DNA of 61,728 nt, counting the filler, from Hausera hauseri (Eukaryota): NCBI GenBank assembly GCA_046269625.1. It is 11 parts of 11 records of this genome, joined end to end, with 100 filler letters (N's around TTAATTAATTAA, not from the genome) between each part and the next. Parts side by side here need not be neighbours in the genome. Positions count along the whole stretch, not along the records: positions 8,948 to 13,737 come from JBJURY010435027.1; positions 13,838 to 18,145 come from JBJURY010644442.1; positions 18,246 to 22,648 come from JBJURY010598778.1; positions 22,749 to 28,830 come from JBJURY010143758.1; 7 more parts are not named here. The stretch is one strand, 5' to 3'. The position numbers and the translations under genes are program-made. Below are positions 12,790-25,780 of this stretch, piece after piece (within the stretch, counting starts at the first letter, position 1; each line of letters opens with the position of its first letter). Below the pieces are notes generated by a model. That model had not been told where the DNA came from, did not search any database, and worked only from the letters and a program-made list of their open reading frames with translations.

Positions 12790-13713
12790 AAATGTGTAAT
12801 AATCAAGAAATTCATTCGCGTAAAGTTTCTCAAATGGTGGCATTGCGCACTGAAGGTCTTACTCAGTGTGAAATTGCGCAGCGAATTGGTACCTCACAAA
12901 CTGTAGTTCAGAAGTGTTTGGTAAGTTATAACTCTACAGGAATGTTTTAAAGCGGAAACGATCAGCAAAAAACTAACATCAGAAGGAACAGATTCTTTGA
13001 TAACACGCATTACTATCATCCAGCCAAAATTTCCTCTTCCAATATTTGCTCAAACCTTCTTCAAGACATTCGTGTTAGTACAAGAACTGTACGTAGTTAC
13101 TTTGAAGTAAAACTTGGTTTGCCTTCCTATAAACCTACTCCTAAACCCAATTTGTCCGTTAAAAATGTTGTAGATCACGTAGCATTCGCCAAACTTTGTT
13201 CGTCGTCCAGCATGTCAGAGGTACAATTCAAGATTCTCTGTACTTTTTGTAAAACAGTCACACAGCGTTATGATTTGGGACTTAATATCTGCGGCAGGAA
13301 GGGATGGATTTTTGACTCCAAACACCACTATCACTGCAGCTATTTACAAGGGGATTTTACAACACAAGCTTAAGCAACACATAAACTTCCACAACACCGA
13401 AGTTTTCCAACATGACGGAGCTCCAGTGCATTCTGCAAAGCTGGTGAAGGAGTGGCTGAGAAGCAATAATGTCAAAATGTTGGAGCCATGGCCTGTCAGT
13501 TCTCCATATTTGAATCCAATAACGAACTGCTGGGTCATTCGCAAGAGGAAGGTTGCCCATCTGAAGCCTACATCAAGGGAGGATCTGGTGAAGAAAATTA
13601 AAACAGTTTGGACACAGCAAATTTTAGTTGAATATTGTCAAATCCTTATTAAATCAGTGCCTGAAAGGATCAAGAAGATAATTAATGCGAAAGGACAAAT
13701 AACTAAATATTGA
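12790..13713 (+). mobile_element. Tc1-like transposase relic
   Basis: N-terminal HTH (GLTQCEIAQRIG); VFQHDGAPVHSAK, WPVSSPYLNPITNCW, ending GQITKY. Confidence 0.9.
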
Positions 13714-13737
13714 TGTTCTTGTCAATTACTATTAATG

Positions 13738-13837
13738 NNNNNNNNNNNNNNNNNNNNNNNNNNNNNNNNNNNNNNNNNNNNTTAATTAATTAANNNNNNN
13801 NNNNNNNNNNNNNNNNNNNNNNNNNNNNNNNNNNNNN
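13738..13837. other. Artificial spacer 3
   Basis: N44-TTAATTAATTAA-N44. Confidence 0.98.
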
Positions 13838-13980
13838 CACTCAACAACGACCTATGTCTCAGGAAGAATGTAGTATACAGATTGACATGCAACAAGTGCA
13901 ACAAAAACTACATAAGCAGCACAATAAGAGGGTTGCACACCAGAGTAGCTGAACACGTAAAGGACGAAAAAAGCTCAATG
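13838..13980 (+). mobile_element. Penelope-like element GIY-YIG endonuclease fragment
   Basis: KNVVYRLTCNKCNKNYISSTIRGLHTRVAEH matches VY..C..C...YIG.T.R.L..R..EH. Confidence 0.8.
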
Positions 13981-14237
13981 TTATTCAATGAACTACATCA
14001 ATTTATTAGTGAAGAACAAATAGTCGAATTCCAATATCATGTTCTGACTGCATCTGCACATACCTTCCATGTCATCAGACCAAAATGTGCCCAATTATTC
14101 GTAGAACTCATTTCTCATCGATTGTTCATTTCTAATATGCTCCATAGTACATCAATGGAATACACACATGAAATATGCATGCAATTATCCCGTGATCTAT
14201 TCTCATTTCTACATCCATATCTCGAAAATCCCCATAC

Positions 14238-14813
14238 AAACAAGTGCCGATGACGCCAAAAATAAATTTTGTATTGTTGTTTATATGTTTGACTGTACAA
14301 GAATTATGGGTCGATCAGAAATCATAAGAGCTGTTAAAAGCTATCTTTTAACAGATGCCATAATCTGCTTTAGAAACTTTGATCGTTTATCGGAAGAATT
14401 AAACATTATTTTTCATCAATTATTTTCAATGAAAAAAATGTTGATAACGATAAAAACATGTTTTTCATTCTTCCAGACGAAAACATTGATACGGAAAACT
14501 TACAGGTTTCGAAAGGATTATTATTGCTGACTTTGAACAGATTTTTGCCCGATTGCTAAGAAAAGGCAGATTTTACTCGAAATCTAGTCGTATATTCCTC
14601 GTTGACAGAAATACGCAAAGACATCATGGACAAATTCAGACTTACTGGCATTTGATAGATTTCGTCGGATATCAGAATTTCCATTTTGCTATCGAAATTT
14701 TGACTTACATTTTCGAACGACCTTGATAAACAATTATCAAATTTTCTGTGTATTGCAATACAAACAAGTGCCGATGACGCCAAAAGTAAATTTTGTATCG
14801 TTGTTTATATGTT
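14238..14813 (+). repeat. ~52-bp direct repeat (14238-14290 and 14762-14813)
   Basis: aaacaagtgccgatgacgccaaaa(a/g)taaattttgtat(t/c)gttgtttatatgtt. Confidence 0.85.
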
Positions 14814-15999
14814 GTACATATTGAGACATTTTGTAATTAATGCAAATAAATTTATCTCTACAGACGTCTTTTAACTTTTGGAATTTATTGCTACAGTTCT
14901 ATTTTGAATATTATTTTCCAATTTGTAGAATTTGGAATTGTTTTTATTTAATTTCAGTCAAGATTAATATTTTCACGTTGTTATCGAAGTTGATATTGGT
15001 TTCAATTCTATTTTAAAATCTTGCTCTCGGTTATACGACGGTTATATTTGGCAATACAATATATATTTAAAAAAACTGAAAATTTTAAATATCGCGCAGA
15101 AGAACAGAAACTATAGCAACATGCTATAGAAACTGTTTGAAATGTTTCTCAAGTAGAAACAGTTCCGTAGTTGAGAAACTGTTTCTCAAGTTCCATAGTT
15201 AAAAAACTTTTTCAAGGAAAAATACTACCATCAACTTTGCACCGTCTCTACACACATGAATAATCACTGTACACATATGTGTTATATATCATTCGAAAGC
15301 TGCGAAACTGGAGATTCCAAATATCGTGTTTATATTTTGATCGGATAATTGGAACTGTCAAAAATTGAATTAAATGTTTTTTGAATTATTTTCTTAAATA
15401 CTTTTATACGGTAATTTAATAATATTTGTACAACATTTTCAAATTGTGCATTCACTCCAGATGTATTTATTGCCTGATTTTATTATTATGCGACCTGTTT
15501 CACAAAATTTACAATGTGAATTATTTGAACTCCTTTTTTATTGAATATTTTATATAATGTGATTAGTTGTAAAAGGTCTGGTATAGGTCGGTTTTCTCAG
15601 TTTTTTAAAAAAAATTTTCATGAGTGAGCGGTGGCAAACGAATGAAAATTTTCTTTTTGAATTCGAGAGGTCGGTCCATACCAGCTTTTTTACAACTACT
15701 TATACCCCTACATGGCCCACCTTTTTCCCTATTTTTCTTTTAAAAATAAACATTCACACACCACACACACTAAGGCAATAATTGCAGAATTGTTTGTATA
15801 ATTGACTCATCGAATTAACTTAGAAAACTTTCTATTAAACATAAACGGTTACCTTCTTCATGATTCTGATTTAATATCATCCTTCTTATCCCCACATTCT
15901 CCACTAATAATTACTTTATGTCCACGCCTATTCGGTTGTTCCGACACCAAATTTTTATTAAACGATTCTTAGGAACTCACCGATATTCCCGCCATACAC

Positions 16000-16700
16000 C
16001 TTCCTCTTAAGCAGTCCCCTTTAGTTCTACCTGCAACATCCTCTTTGGTCAATTTCCCTTGTGTTGACTATTTTACCGATAAACAACATTCCAGTCATAC
16101 ATGGCTGGAAATCCATGCACAATGGCTAAAATCAAATATGATCACTGACCCTTTCTTCAAGGCGAATAGCCTATTAATACGTTTACCAGCTAGTCTTAAA
16201 TCAGTGCTCCCAAATCATTCCGAAATTTTTCAAACACTATTCAACGCCGTTCTTAAACTCACCGAGCCTTCTCTGGATAACATTATCAAGAAATATTTCA
16301 ATGATAACACCATAGGCACTTTAAAATCATCAGAATTTATTCATACCGCACTAACTCAATTGAGTACTCTTGGCGTTAATCAAGCAAACAACGCCGATTT
16401 ATTACGCAGATATTTTCTGCAGTCGTTATCTAGAGACATACGTGCACTGTTGACTATAGTAGAAGATACATCTTCACTAGAAAAACTAGCACTACTGGCT
16501 GATAAAGGCCTTGAGAAATTACATGCATATACAGCCCCATAAGTAGCCGCTATGGTACAAACACCAACAACTCAATAGTTTAACGACATATCTAATCTGA
16601 ACTCCCAGATAAATTCTTTACGTGCCGAAAACGCTAACATACACCAAGCAAATTCTGTACTCACGTCAAAAATCGAAGCCTTGACCATGCCTAGACGGAA
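16000..16700 (+). pseudogene. gag: Gag fragment of the same CsRN1-type family as 137..1050
   Basis: DNIIKKYFNDNTIG..LSTLGVNQANNADLLRRYFL..LEKLALLADKG aligns with the contig-1 gag. Confidence 0.85.
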
Positions 16701-16875
16701 TCGTTTTTATGCGAACCATAGCCACACTTTGTCTCAAAATTCAAGACATGCGAGGTCACCTATGTGGTACCCACAGCGGCCGGTGCCCTTTGGCCCATTT
16801 GGTTAAACACGGCCGGGCCTTTGTTGCCACGACGTCGGACTCAGTCGGGTCCGTTTTTCGCCCTCGGAGATTATT

Positions 16876-16980
16876 CTACAATACACCTCTTCATTATGCT
16901 ATCACAATAGAAAATTTGGTTGTTCTTGACATTCTAAGTCGAGAACCTAATTGCAAATCAATTTTAAAAATAAAAATGGC
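16876..16980 (+). pseudogene. Single ankyrin-repeat fragment
   Basis: NTPLHYAITIENLVVLDIL. Confidence 0.5.
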
Positions 16981-18145
16981 AAAACACCTTTCGAAAACTC
17001 CAAAGATCTATCTGTCCAAATCATCATCATCAGAATCGCTAGCCAAAAACAATGGAACAGCGGCATAAAAGCCCAGTTATCCTCCAAATAAATACCCTCA
17101 AATGATGAGGCCAATAGTTATCTATCCTTGCATGAAAAAGGCACAAACCAAAACATTCAACCATTAATTTAACCGTCCGTCAAGAAGACTCGAGAAAACT
17201 CGATTTAACAGCCGATGGTCATTATCGGCCAAATATTAGATACAATGTATTGTATGAATCTAAAAACTACAACCCATTAAGTGTAAAACTTAAGAAAACA
17301 TCAATTTTAATTTCCATATATTTTGGTCAGTGTACACTATCGCAACAATGCCCACCACTAATGTCGTGATCGTAGTTGAATTTCTTTTACCTAAGACCTG
17401 TTCAGAAAATCCCCAAACTTTATTCTTCTTCAATTTTCCTACCTTCGAAGCACCCTCTGTGTTTAACGCGTTGTTTCAATGTCGTTTCTAGATCGCCGAT
17501 TTAAGCACATAAACGCTATGGGTAAGAATAATCACGGTCATCACCTTATCAATCATAGTGTTTTTGCCAGATACTCTTAATGCTTGTCCTTTAAATCTTG
17601 CCATTCACTGAATTCTCAGCTCATTTAATTCCTTGTTTCAGATGTTTTCAAACTGCGGTTCGTGATATATCATGTAGGAAATTATGAATTGACAATGTCG
17701 GTAATTTCATGAGTATGTGTACAGAATTACAGAAACAATCTGCATGTAAAAGCCAAACTGCAAATTCACCTTATCCGTGTCTCACCACTCACAACATTCC
17801 CATTGAACCAACAATTCTACTGTTTTATTGCAATTATCTTTGATTTCATGACCGTTACCAATTTCTTTCATTTCAGAGAACGGTGTTAATTGCCTGGCAA
17901 TAATTAATTATTGTGTCGATTGCACGTGGTCCGCTTCTTTATGGTTTTATTGTAACCTGCACTTTGACAAATTCTGTGTGCTTACACGGCAGTTATGTGT
18001 GTTTTCTAAATAGGATCTGTTTGTATATTACTTGAAAATGTGTATTTTTCTTTTTTTGTTTCTTTCAAGATTACACAAGGTCATTATTCAATCATGTTCG
18101 TAAATTCATATTAGGAATGTTTTCTGTTTGCAAACGTTTTTCATT

Positions 18146-18245
18146 NNNNNNNNNNNNNNNNNNNNNNNNNNNNNNNNNNNNNNNNNNNNTTAATTAATTA
18201 ANNNNNNNNNNNNNNNNNNNNNNNNNNNNNNNNNNNNNNNNNNNN
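18146..18245. other. Artificial spacer 4
   Basis: N44-TTAATTAATTAA-N44. Confidence 0.98.
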
Positions 18246-18246
18246 T

Positions 18247-18432
18247 AACTACCTACAGGCGTATGAAACCGGTTGCAGCACCATGGTGAACCAGGAGCGA
18301 ATTGGCAGTAAAAACCACCAGCGGATGGCAGTCAGCTCAAGAAAGAAAGTATTGGATCCGTTCGACGACAAACGCCAGTGGATTGATTAAAACCCTAGTG
18401 TTGCATACGGACATTATTGTATAAATATGTGA
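18247..18432 (+). pseudogene. C-terminus of Polinton/adintovirus protein-primed PolB
   Basis: NYLQAYE..VNQERIGSKNHQ..LDPFDDKR..SVAYGHYCI; homologous to 25781-26031. Confidence 0.85.
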
Positions 18433-18539
18433 ACATTTTCTTTGGACCTATTTTTTGTATATATCAATAAAAGTTTTAAATCTCTCTTATACTTTATTAC
18501 TTTGGCTTTGTTCTGAAGGTGGGAATCGTGAAACCCTGT

Positions 18540-18967
18540 CTGCGCCAGAATGTTTTGTTCTATGGGTGGGAATAGTGAAACCACATTTTTGTGCTGTAGC
18601 GCAACAAGGCAAAGCCATATGAAGTTGATTCATATACCATTCAACGCAGACTTACATTCTGAACAAGATAGCACTTTCGAAAAAAATTTCGCTACTAAGG
18701 AAAACATTTTTTCGCGTGGAACTAAAAAAATATGGAAATTTTTCACATTTTTGTGCTATAGCACAACAGGATAAAGTCGCATAAAGTTGACTCATACATT
18801 GTTCGACGCAGAATTAAATTCTGAACAAGACAGACATATGAAAAAAATTTTAATTGCTAAGGAAAAAATTTCTCGATAAGAAAAATTTTCCCACGGTTCA
18901 GAAAATTTTCCCGCGCTCAACGCTTTGTTCCCTGGGGGTTCGCTCGGTGCGCTCAGTTCTAACTACT
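18540..18967 (+). mobile_element. Polinton terminal region with two ~130-bp subterminal direct repeats, ending ...CTAACTACT
   Basis: Repeats at ~18590 and ~18752; reverse complement of the end reads AGTAGTTAGA...ACCCCCAGGGAA, like the terminus at 24871. Confidence 0.7.
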
Positions 18968-20072
18968 TCTTAGATCTAGACATTCTTAACTGCATCAATT
19001 AAATGCTTACGGCTGCTTGAATGGTGCTGCATGCTTTCTTTTTCATAATTAGCCATATATTTTCAATGGGATTGATGTCTGGATAATTTCCTGGCCAGGA
19101 TAAAACGTCAATCCCATTTGAACGTAGCCATGCTTTTGTGACTTTTGAGTCATGCGCAAGAGTCAGGTCATGCAAGAAATATTTAGATTGGTGAATTCTA
19201 AACGCGGACAACATTTTTTCCTGAAGAATGTTGATGTATGTAGCAGAATTAACTGCGGAACCCTTTTCAACAAAATACAAGCAACTTCTTCCCATCCAAC
19301 TGAAACATCCCCGTACCATTACCAACTCTGATTTCTCGACTGTGGAAACGACATCATTAGCATTAAAATGCTTATTAACATGACGTCTAACGTAACAAGT
19401 ATAATTTTGAAACTGACAAAATGCTGACTCATCAGAGTATAGTACCATTTTCCATTGATAAACTGTCCAATGGACGTACGTTTTACAAAATTCCCAACGA
19501 AGTTGGCGTTGCTGCAAAGTCAATAATGGCTTTCTTGCAGGACATCTGGAACAAAGTTTCAATTTATTGATGCACCAGGTTCTTATGGTAGATGGAGCAA
19601 TGGTTTTATTTACAATACCTGACACTTCTGTAGCAACAGCAATCGAACTACAACAAGGATTAATAGAATAAATCCGCTTTATGGTGTTAAGCATTCTGTC
19701 ATTTGCTGCACTTGGTCTCTTCGAGCCATATTTGTTATCCGTACTCCCAGCTTCCTTGAATCTTTTTACAAATGACCCAACACATGATCTCGAAATACAT
19801 GTTTTTGATGTAATCTGACAAATTGAATAATCCTCCTGTAAGTAGGCTTTAATCATTCCATTCTAAGTTTCAGTAATTTCACGCTTTCGTCCCATTAGCT
19901 TTCATACAATAACATAATATGAACAATTTATCCACAATAATGTTTAATTAGCACAACAAAACAAATTAATTAAATTTTGTAATCGACAGTTGATGCAGCA
20001 AAGTATAATATGCATTTTAATCATGGCTGTCTACATATAATGATGCTGTCCGTAAATTTTCTGACAATACTG
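18968..20072 (-). mobile_element. Tc1-like transposon, 3' end cut off by the Polinton terminus
   Basis: ORF 18999..19856 with YSDES, HDLTLAH, WPGNYPDINPIENIW; likely ATG at 19895; CAGTATTGTCAG-type TIR at 20072. Confidence 0.92.
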
Positions 20073-20471
20073 CACGTATGGATTAAGAAGAATGAAAACA
20101 ATAAACTTGGGTACTTGTACGTTATCTGAACCCCGAAGTTTCAGTTATAAAATTAAACTATATAACTAAATTAGGCTACACATAATTTATTAATTCAGAT
20201 TAAATTTTTGTTATTTAACTATCACCAGCATCGACAAAACAATTTGATTGCCTCTAACATAGACTCAAAAATGTTTCCGCGATCCTTGACAAACTGGCGG
20301 CATTTACTCTGCTAAATAAGATTCCATATGATGACGAGCAGTTCCAATATGGCGCTGGTTACGTTACTTGGCTGATCCACACGTACGTTCCACACTTTGT
20401 GTGTGTGCCAGTCAACGGATCCACAAAATTAAATTTGTGATTGAGTTTTAAATGATTAAATGTAGCCTCTT

Positions 20472-21908
20472 TCAATTCACTGGTTTTATATCTGCGCCAG
20501 CTGGAGGATTTAAAATGGATATTTCATCGCAAATAAATGCCCCATATATTATAAGTGCTCCATTTTTAATTAGAGGTTTGCTGGGCCCATTACTAGCAAA
20601 CTCTATTCCCCTATTAATACCATTTAATATTAATTTTGTTCTTCTTTTCGAGTCCCATAATCCCCATACCGGCTTCTTTTGTGTGAAACAAATGATCACT
20701 TGGAGAGAAAATCCCTCTCCACATTTACCCTCTTCTGTATCCAACTTTATCTCGCTAGACCCATCTATTTTGAATATCCCCATAATTTCCCCATATCCCT
20801 TATCAAAAATATATGGATATGAAAAAACATCAACTTTAAATTTACAGTCATACCTGACCATTGTTAACTCAGTGTCCCTCTGCGGGGGTATGAAACCACC
20901 TTTAAATTTATTTGCTGACTCAAGCATTCTGAGTTTAACAATCATACAAACCCTGGCAGGGCTCATAACACAAGGAAAATAACGGTAACACAGAACAATG
21001 TTATTAATACGACACACAAATACCTTAGCATTCTCGGTTCCGATTAAAAGTCCTTCGACGAATGTAAAGGCATCAGAGGAAATCCATTCCTGTCCTTCAG
21101 TGACCGTAGAGTTCAAAGTTACTTCTCGAATTTCAAGATATTTTTTCGATTGACAAACAGTTGGTCTTTTGGCAGTCGCTTCTCGGGAAGCTCTCTCTAT
21201 GATCGACATTAATCTTTCCATTTCCTTCTTTGACTTTTCAACTTTCCTTAGCAAATCGTCCCTATCTTCCCACAATCTTGCAATTTCCGGATCACAACAA
21301 TTTATTCTTTTCTTTATTTGCCAATCATTACTTCTAGCACTGTTATATATGTGACCTTTTTCTTCATCATGATAATCATATATGTACAGTGAATTAGGGT
21401 CGTCGAGAAGACAAAAAGGAAATGGATAGTTACATATTTGGTTGAGACAAAGAAACCTTTGAGTTGGTTTCCAGTATGAATTAAACTGCAAACGTCGTTT
21501 AGTCGATTCAGAGTAATCATTTCGCAGGTGTAGGGAACTGTGAAGATGAAAATTTAAACAGTTCACATGGAAATAATGACTGTCTACGATAAACTTCTTA
21601 TAAATATTCTTTTTCGCAGTTTCAACGAATACCTCTTCAATTTTTTCAAGCACGTTATTATTCGCAGTCACTAGTTTCATTTCCATATCTTTCATGAATG
21701 AAATATCGTTTAACCCCAGATTTCTTTTTCTTCGGAATACACCATATCTCACTTCTGTAGATATCCATACACTCAAAATAGGAAGACGAGTTCGTTTCTC
21801 ATGAAACGAATAAATAATATCATCAAAATGTCCTAAGTTTTGTGGATTCTTGAATTTTGACATTGTTTTGACATTGCTTATCTGCATAAAAATTATCATT
21901 ACTGCCAT
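20472..21908 (-). CDS. Hypothetical 478-aa protein, uninterrupted ORF
   Basis: Long ATG-initiated ORF in AT-rich DNA; central coiled coil; no motif recognised. Confidence 0.6.
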   Translation of the reverse strand: MAVMIIFMQISNVKTMSKFKNPQNLGHFDDIIYSFHEKRTRLPILSVWISTEVRYGVFRRKRNLGLNDISFMKDMEMKLVTANNNVLEKIEEVFVETAKKNIYKKFIVDSHYFHVNCLNFHLHSSLHLRNDYSESTKRRLQFNSYWKPTQRFLCLNQICNYPFPFCLLDDPNSLYIYDYHDEEKGHIYNSARSNDWQIKKRINCCDPEIARLWEDRDDLLRKVEKSKKEMERLMSIIERASREATAKRPTVCQSKKYLEIREVTLNSTVTEGQEWISSDAFTFVEGLLIGTENAKVFVCRINNIVLCYRYFPCVMSPARVCMIVKLRMLESANKFKGGFIPPQRDTELTMVRYDCKFKVDVFSYPYIFDKGYGEIMGIFKIDGSSEIKLDTEEGKCGEGFSLQVIICFTQKKPVWGLWDSKRRTKLILNGINRGIEFASNGPSKPLIKNGALIIYGAFICDEISILNPPAGADIKPVN

Positions 21909-22156
21909 AATTGGGTATTTTAAATTTCTAATTTAAATTTCAATGATTATTGTCTATAGCTATAGCTATTGCTATAGAATAGATAGGCGGATTCAATATA
22001 TTTTCATTAATTACTTTTTCTTGAATCAGCCTTATAATGGCTAAGTTCAATTCAATTTAATGTTCAGCTTTTTTATCATCGTGGCTTTCCCATTCTATTT
22101 ATTAGTTCATATTTTTACGAGATTTTATTACGTTTCGTGACGTCTTTCATGACTGC

Positions 22157-22314
22157 TGCAGGAGCTACAACATTTAAAATCTCAAATTGCGTTATTTGAA
22201 ATACAATAGAGGCCCCGTTTAGAGTCGACCAATTTCTTTAAATCAACTGCAGTTCATTTCACTTATTTTTCTCTGCAGGGGCTACAACATTTAAAATCTC
22301 AAATTGCGTTATTT
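22157..22314 (+). repeat. ~42-bp direct repeat
   Basis: ctgcagg(a/g)gctacaacatttaaaatctcaaattgcgttattt at ~22157 and ~22273. Confidence 0.8.
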
Positions 22315-22648
22315 TGTGCTTCAAATGTATAAGCTACTTCTTGCTCTTATCCAAAAGTTTTTGATTTGTAAATCGAGTCTTGAAACCGGAAGATGGTTAG
22401 ATTGTGAATAATTTTCAGAAACGTTTTTTTTCGAGTTGCTAGATTCTGAGAGATCCGGCACTGATTTCGTTATTGGTCTACGTGATTTGTCTCGCGATGA
22501 CGTTATTGACTTTGGCTTCTGATAAAGATATTTTGTGATTTAATATTTTTGTTTCTTTGATTCGTTTCTCTTCTTAGCTATTTCAATTGCAATTTCATAC
22601 CTATTTTTCGTCTTTTTAAATACAATTGAGATTTGCCGTTTTCCTTGA

Positions 22649-22748
22649 NNNNNNNNNNNNNNNNNNNNNNNNNNNNNNNNNNNNNNNNNNNNTTAATTAA
22701 TTAANNNNNNNNNNNNNNNNNNNNNNNNNNNNNNNNNNNNNNNNNNNN
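22649..22748. other. Artificial spacer 5
   Basis: N44-TTAATTAATTAA-N44. Confidence 0.98.
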
Positions 22749-23038
22749 GAGCATCGATTTTCAGAATGTCCTCTTCAACAAGTCCGAACCCAGGTTCTGT
22801 TTCAGTTTAAGTGGGTCATTAATAAATTTTTAATTATTTATTAAAAGTACAACAAGAGAAAAGTTTGATGAGTCATCACATATGTTACATACATCATGTG
22901 TCAAAACAACCGTGCCAATTTGTCAAAATAACATCCATCAAGATGTAAAAAAAAAGACAGTCCAATTTACTTTCATTTAAAAAAGTCTTCTTTTTGTTGT
23001 ACACTGAGTACACTGAGTACAACTAAACAACAATCAGA

Positions 23039-23567
23039 TCAAAGTTCCAGTAATGGTCGACTGCGTTTAGAATAAAGTACATTTTTGACAACGTCAATAT
23101 GTGGGTAGAATTCAATAATAAAATCCACTTCCAGAACTCTCTTTACGTGGCGTCCTATGCGAATAATTTGTTGTTTGTCTTCGTAATTGGAGACCCATAA
23201 ACATAAACGATCTGTCATCTTTCTTACGTTGACAACTCCTCCACACACTATTTCCGAATCTGTACCACATTCTTCTCCAATCAAAAGCATTGTCAGATTT
23301 TCCCAGAATCGATTGATTAGTAATGACCTTGTATTATTTTTAAATGTGACCTGCCAGCTTCCACCACATCGATTGTCTGGATGTTCCCACATTGGCTTAA
23401 TGTTGCGTCTGAAGAGATAATAATCACATCCGGTGGGTAGAACAAAAGGAGGAGTAATGTGGTCTATTAATCGCCAGAAATCCTCAACCGTGTTAAAGGT
23501 TTCAATTAAATACAGACTGTCACTCCATTCCCGATTTGGATCTCGTTTGCAGAACCAAAGGCTCCAT
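23039..23567 (-). CDS. eIF4E: Eukaryotic translation initiation factor 4E (class I), main/last exon
   Basis: WSLWF..REWSD..FNTVEDFW..DYYLFR..IKPMWEHPDNRCGGSW..FWENL..GGVVNVR..RLCLWV; all eight conserved Trp present; AG acceptor at 23569-23568. Confidence 0.95.
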
Positions 23568-24870
23568 CTAAAATATGTTTCACGTTCGTGAATTCATGAA
23601 ATTTAGAAACTTTACTAAAATAATATGCGGGAAAAAAGTTGTTCACAAGGATATATAATTATAATTATAGTAAATGTACAGCTCATTCCCGGATTACTTG
23701 TTACACAAAATATTTGTTCATGTGAAATACTGATGTAATATCAGTGAAATTAACAGCATTCAAAATAAAATCCACAATAGTTTTATATTTTGTGGGTTTC
23801 ATTCAACCACTTTTTAGCTTGATATAATCGTCTGTCTACCGTTGCAATATAAGTAATAATTGAAAAGACCTAAATTCAACGCATCTTCTGGAACAATATT
23901 CTAAATAAAAATTTCAAGTAATAATATCTTTTGTATTTTTGACTTTTACCTTTAGTTGCTGAAATAATTTCTTTAAACCAATATTCCGGATGTCACATTT
24001 ATTTCCTTTTTAAAATACAACAAATACGCTTATATGTTAATGGTTGATTAGTCAGAATCGTAAATCGCCCAATTAGAAATTAGACATTCAATATAATTAA
24101 GATATTTGTCACATATTGTTTGAGCTCTATTTAATCTAAGAATGTAAAACCAATTAGTTTGATGGATTTTAACAATTTCTAATTGATTCCGTGGTACGCA
24201 ATCACAAACATCATACCAGAACGATGTCATGTTTTGCACTTTTTACTTATCCAAATAGATAATTTGTTTCGTTTAATATATCTGTAGTAACCAAAATGAT
24301 CCAAATTGGACAAACTGTTAAATAAATATGTAGTATATCTATAATTTGTTTCTTAAAACACCCGCGTCGTATGCCTGATATATGTATTCCTTGTGGTATG
24401 ATTGATGTACGAGTGAATGTGGAGAGAAATAAGCATGGGGAAGTGTGGTATTAAAATCGAGTAATTGAGTAAGTTAAACTAAATAATTATTCACATTTTA
24501 ATTAGACTTAAAAATTGAAAACCAAATGCAATGTTTACACATTCAACCTAATCTGTAATTAATATGATCGGAATAATTTGTTACTACTCAAGATTAATTG
24601 CCAAAAAGCCCAGGAATCTGAAGAGCTGTAATTGATTTATCTACCAGAAAGAATCAAATGTATCTGCTACGGTTACAAGCATGGTAATCTTTAAATGCAG
24701 TCAAATAGAGAATGAGATGACTAATAAGTACAATGAAAAGAATATCCCGTGATCATAATTTGCGCAATTCAGAAATTAAAATGTGTAGATATGTGATGCT
24801 TTAATTTTCTGCTGGTCGCTCTGTCAAATTGTCAAAATAATAATTTTGAAAGATTGAGCAACACATCTGT

Positions 24871-25260
24871 AGTAGATAGATGTGCGGACATGAGATCAGA
24901 CCCCCCAGGGAAAGAAAGTAACCAATCACAGTTGAACACGTCATTGTGGTAGGGAAACAGGCCCATCAGAGGAGGACACATCATCGCGGGGAGGGTAAGG
25001 GGAACTGACCAATCAGAGAGCAGTATTCGGTAGACCCCCCGAGAACAAAGATATTTGTGATACCACTTGGGTTTCACTATTCCCACTCACGAACAAAGAC
25101 CCTACAACAAAGACCCCAAATCGATCCCCTCTGGATAAAAAATGACCTCCTCGGGATAAAAAATGACCCTCCTCGGGAGAAAAATCGACTTTTCGGGAGA
25201 AAAAATGACCTCCTCAAGGGTACCCTTATTTCCGGATTTCTGGTATGAATACCCATGTTA
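24871..25260 (+). mobile_element. Polinton/adintovirus terminus (TIR region) with CCAAT boxes and ~20-bp tandem repeats
   Basis: Begins AGTAGATAGA...ACCCCCCAGGGAA; sharp GC rise from flank; aaaaatgacctcctcggga-type repeats ~25118-25215. Confidence 0.7.
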
Positions 25261-25278
25261 AAATGCCTATTATGAAAA

Positions 25279-25608
25279 ATGGATGTACAAGACCAGTTAA
25301 TACAATTGAAACATTTTGATGAATTATCATCTGCTCAGTTGGCAATGTGGTGGAAAGCAATTAAGAACGACTTTGTTAAAGAAACAACAGATTTTGGATT
25401 TCCAAAAGATTGGACAATAGTAGCTCTGATGACAAACGAGTGTACACTAGTACAAAATCTTATTAATCTAATAAATCAAATGTATCTTCATCGACCTCAT
25501 GATACAAATTACTTTAATAATATTGAAAAGTTACGTGATGAATTAAAGACTAAAAAAGAAAATAAAGGACAAAGTAATAAAGTATCAATTAATATGTTTA
25601 GTATGTAA
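25279..25608 (+). CDS. Hypothetical 109-aa protein inside the Polinton, convergent with pPolB
   Basis: Intact ATG ORF between terminus and pPolB, AATAAA directly after stop. Confidence 0.5.
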   Translation: MDVQDQLIQLKHFDELSSAQLAMWWKAIKNDFVKETTDFGFPKDWTIVALMTNECTLVQNLINLINQMYLHRPHDTNYFNNIEKLRDELKTKKENKGQSNKVSINMFSM

Positions 25609-25780
25609 AGAAAATAAAGTAGATACAGTATTCCTAATGTGTGGTAATCTGGTAGTATGTTTTAAATGTTCAAACGTAAAGCTATGTCCACAATATAAAA
25701 CTACAGTTACTGAAACTGTACAAATTTATTACGAATAAAAAACAAATAAGATTAAAATATTTATTGAAATATGTACAAAA

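Noticed and set aside
13882-14253. 123-aa ORF as one protein
   Set aside because: Only the first ~33 aa are GIY-YIG; the rest is read-through into unrelated sequence.
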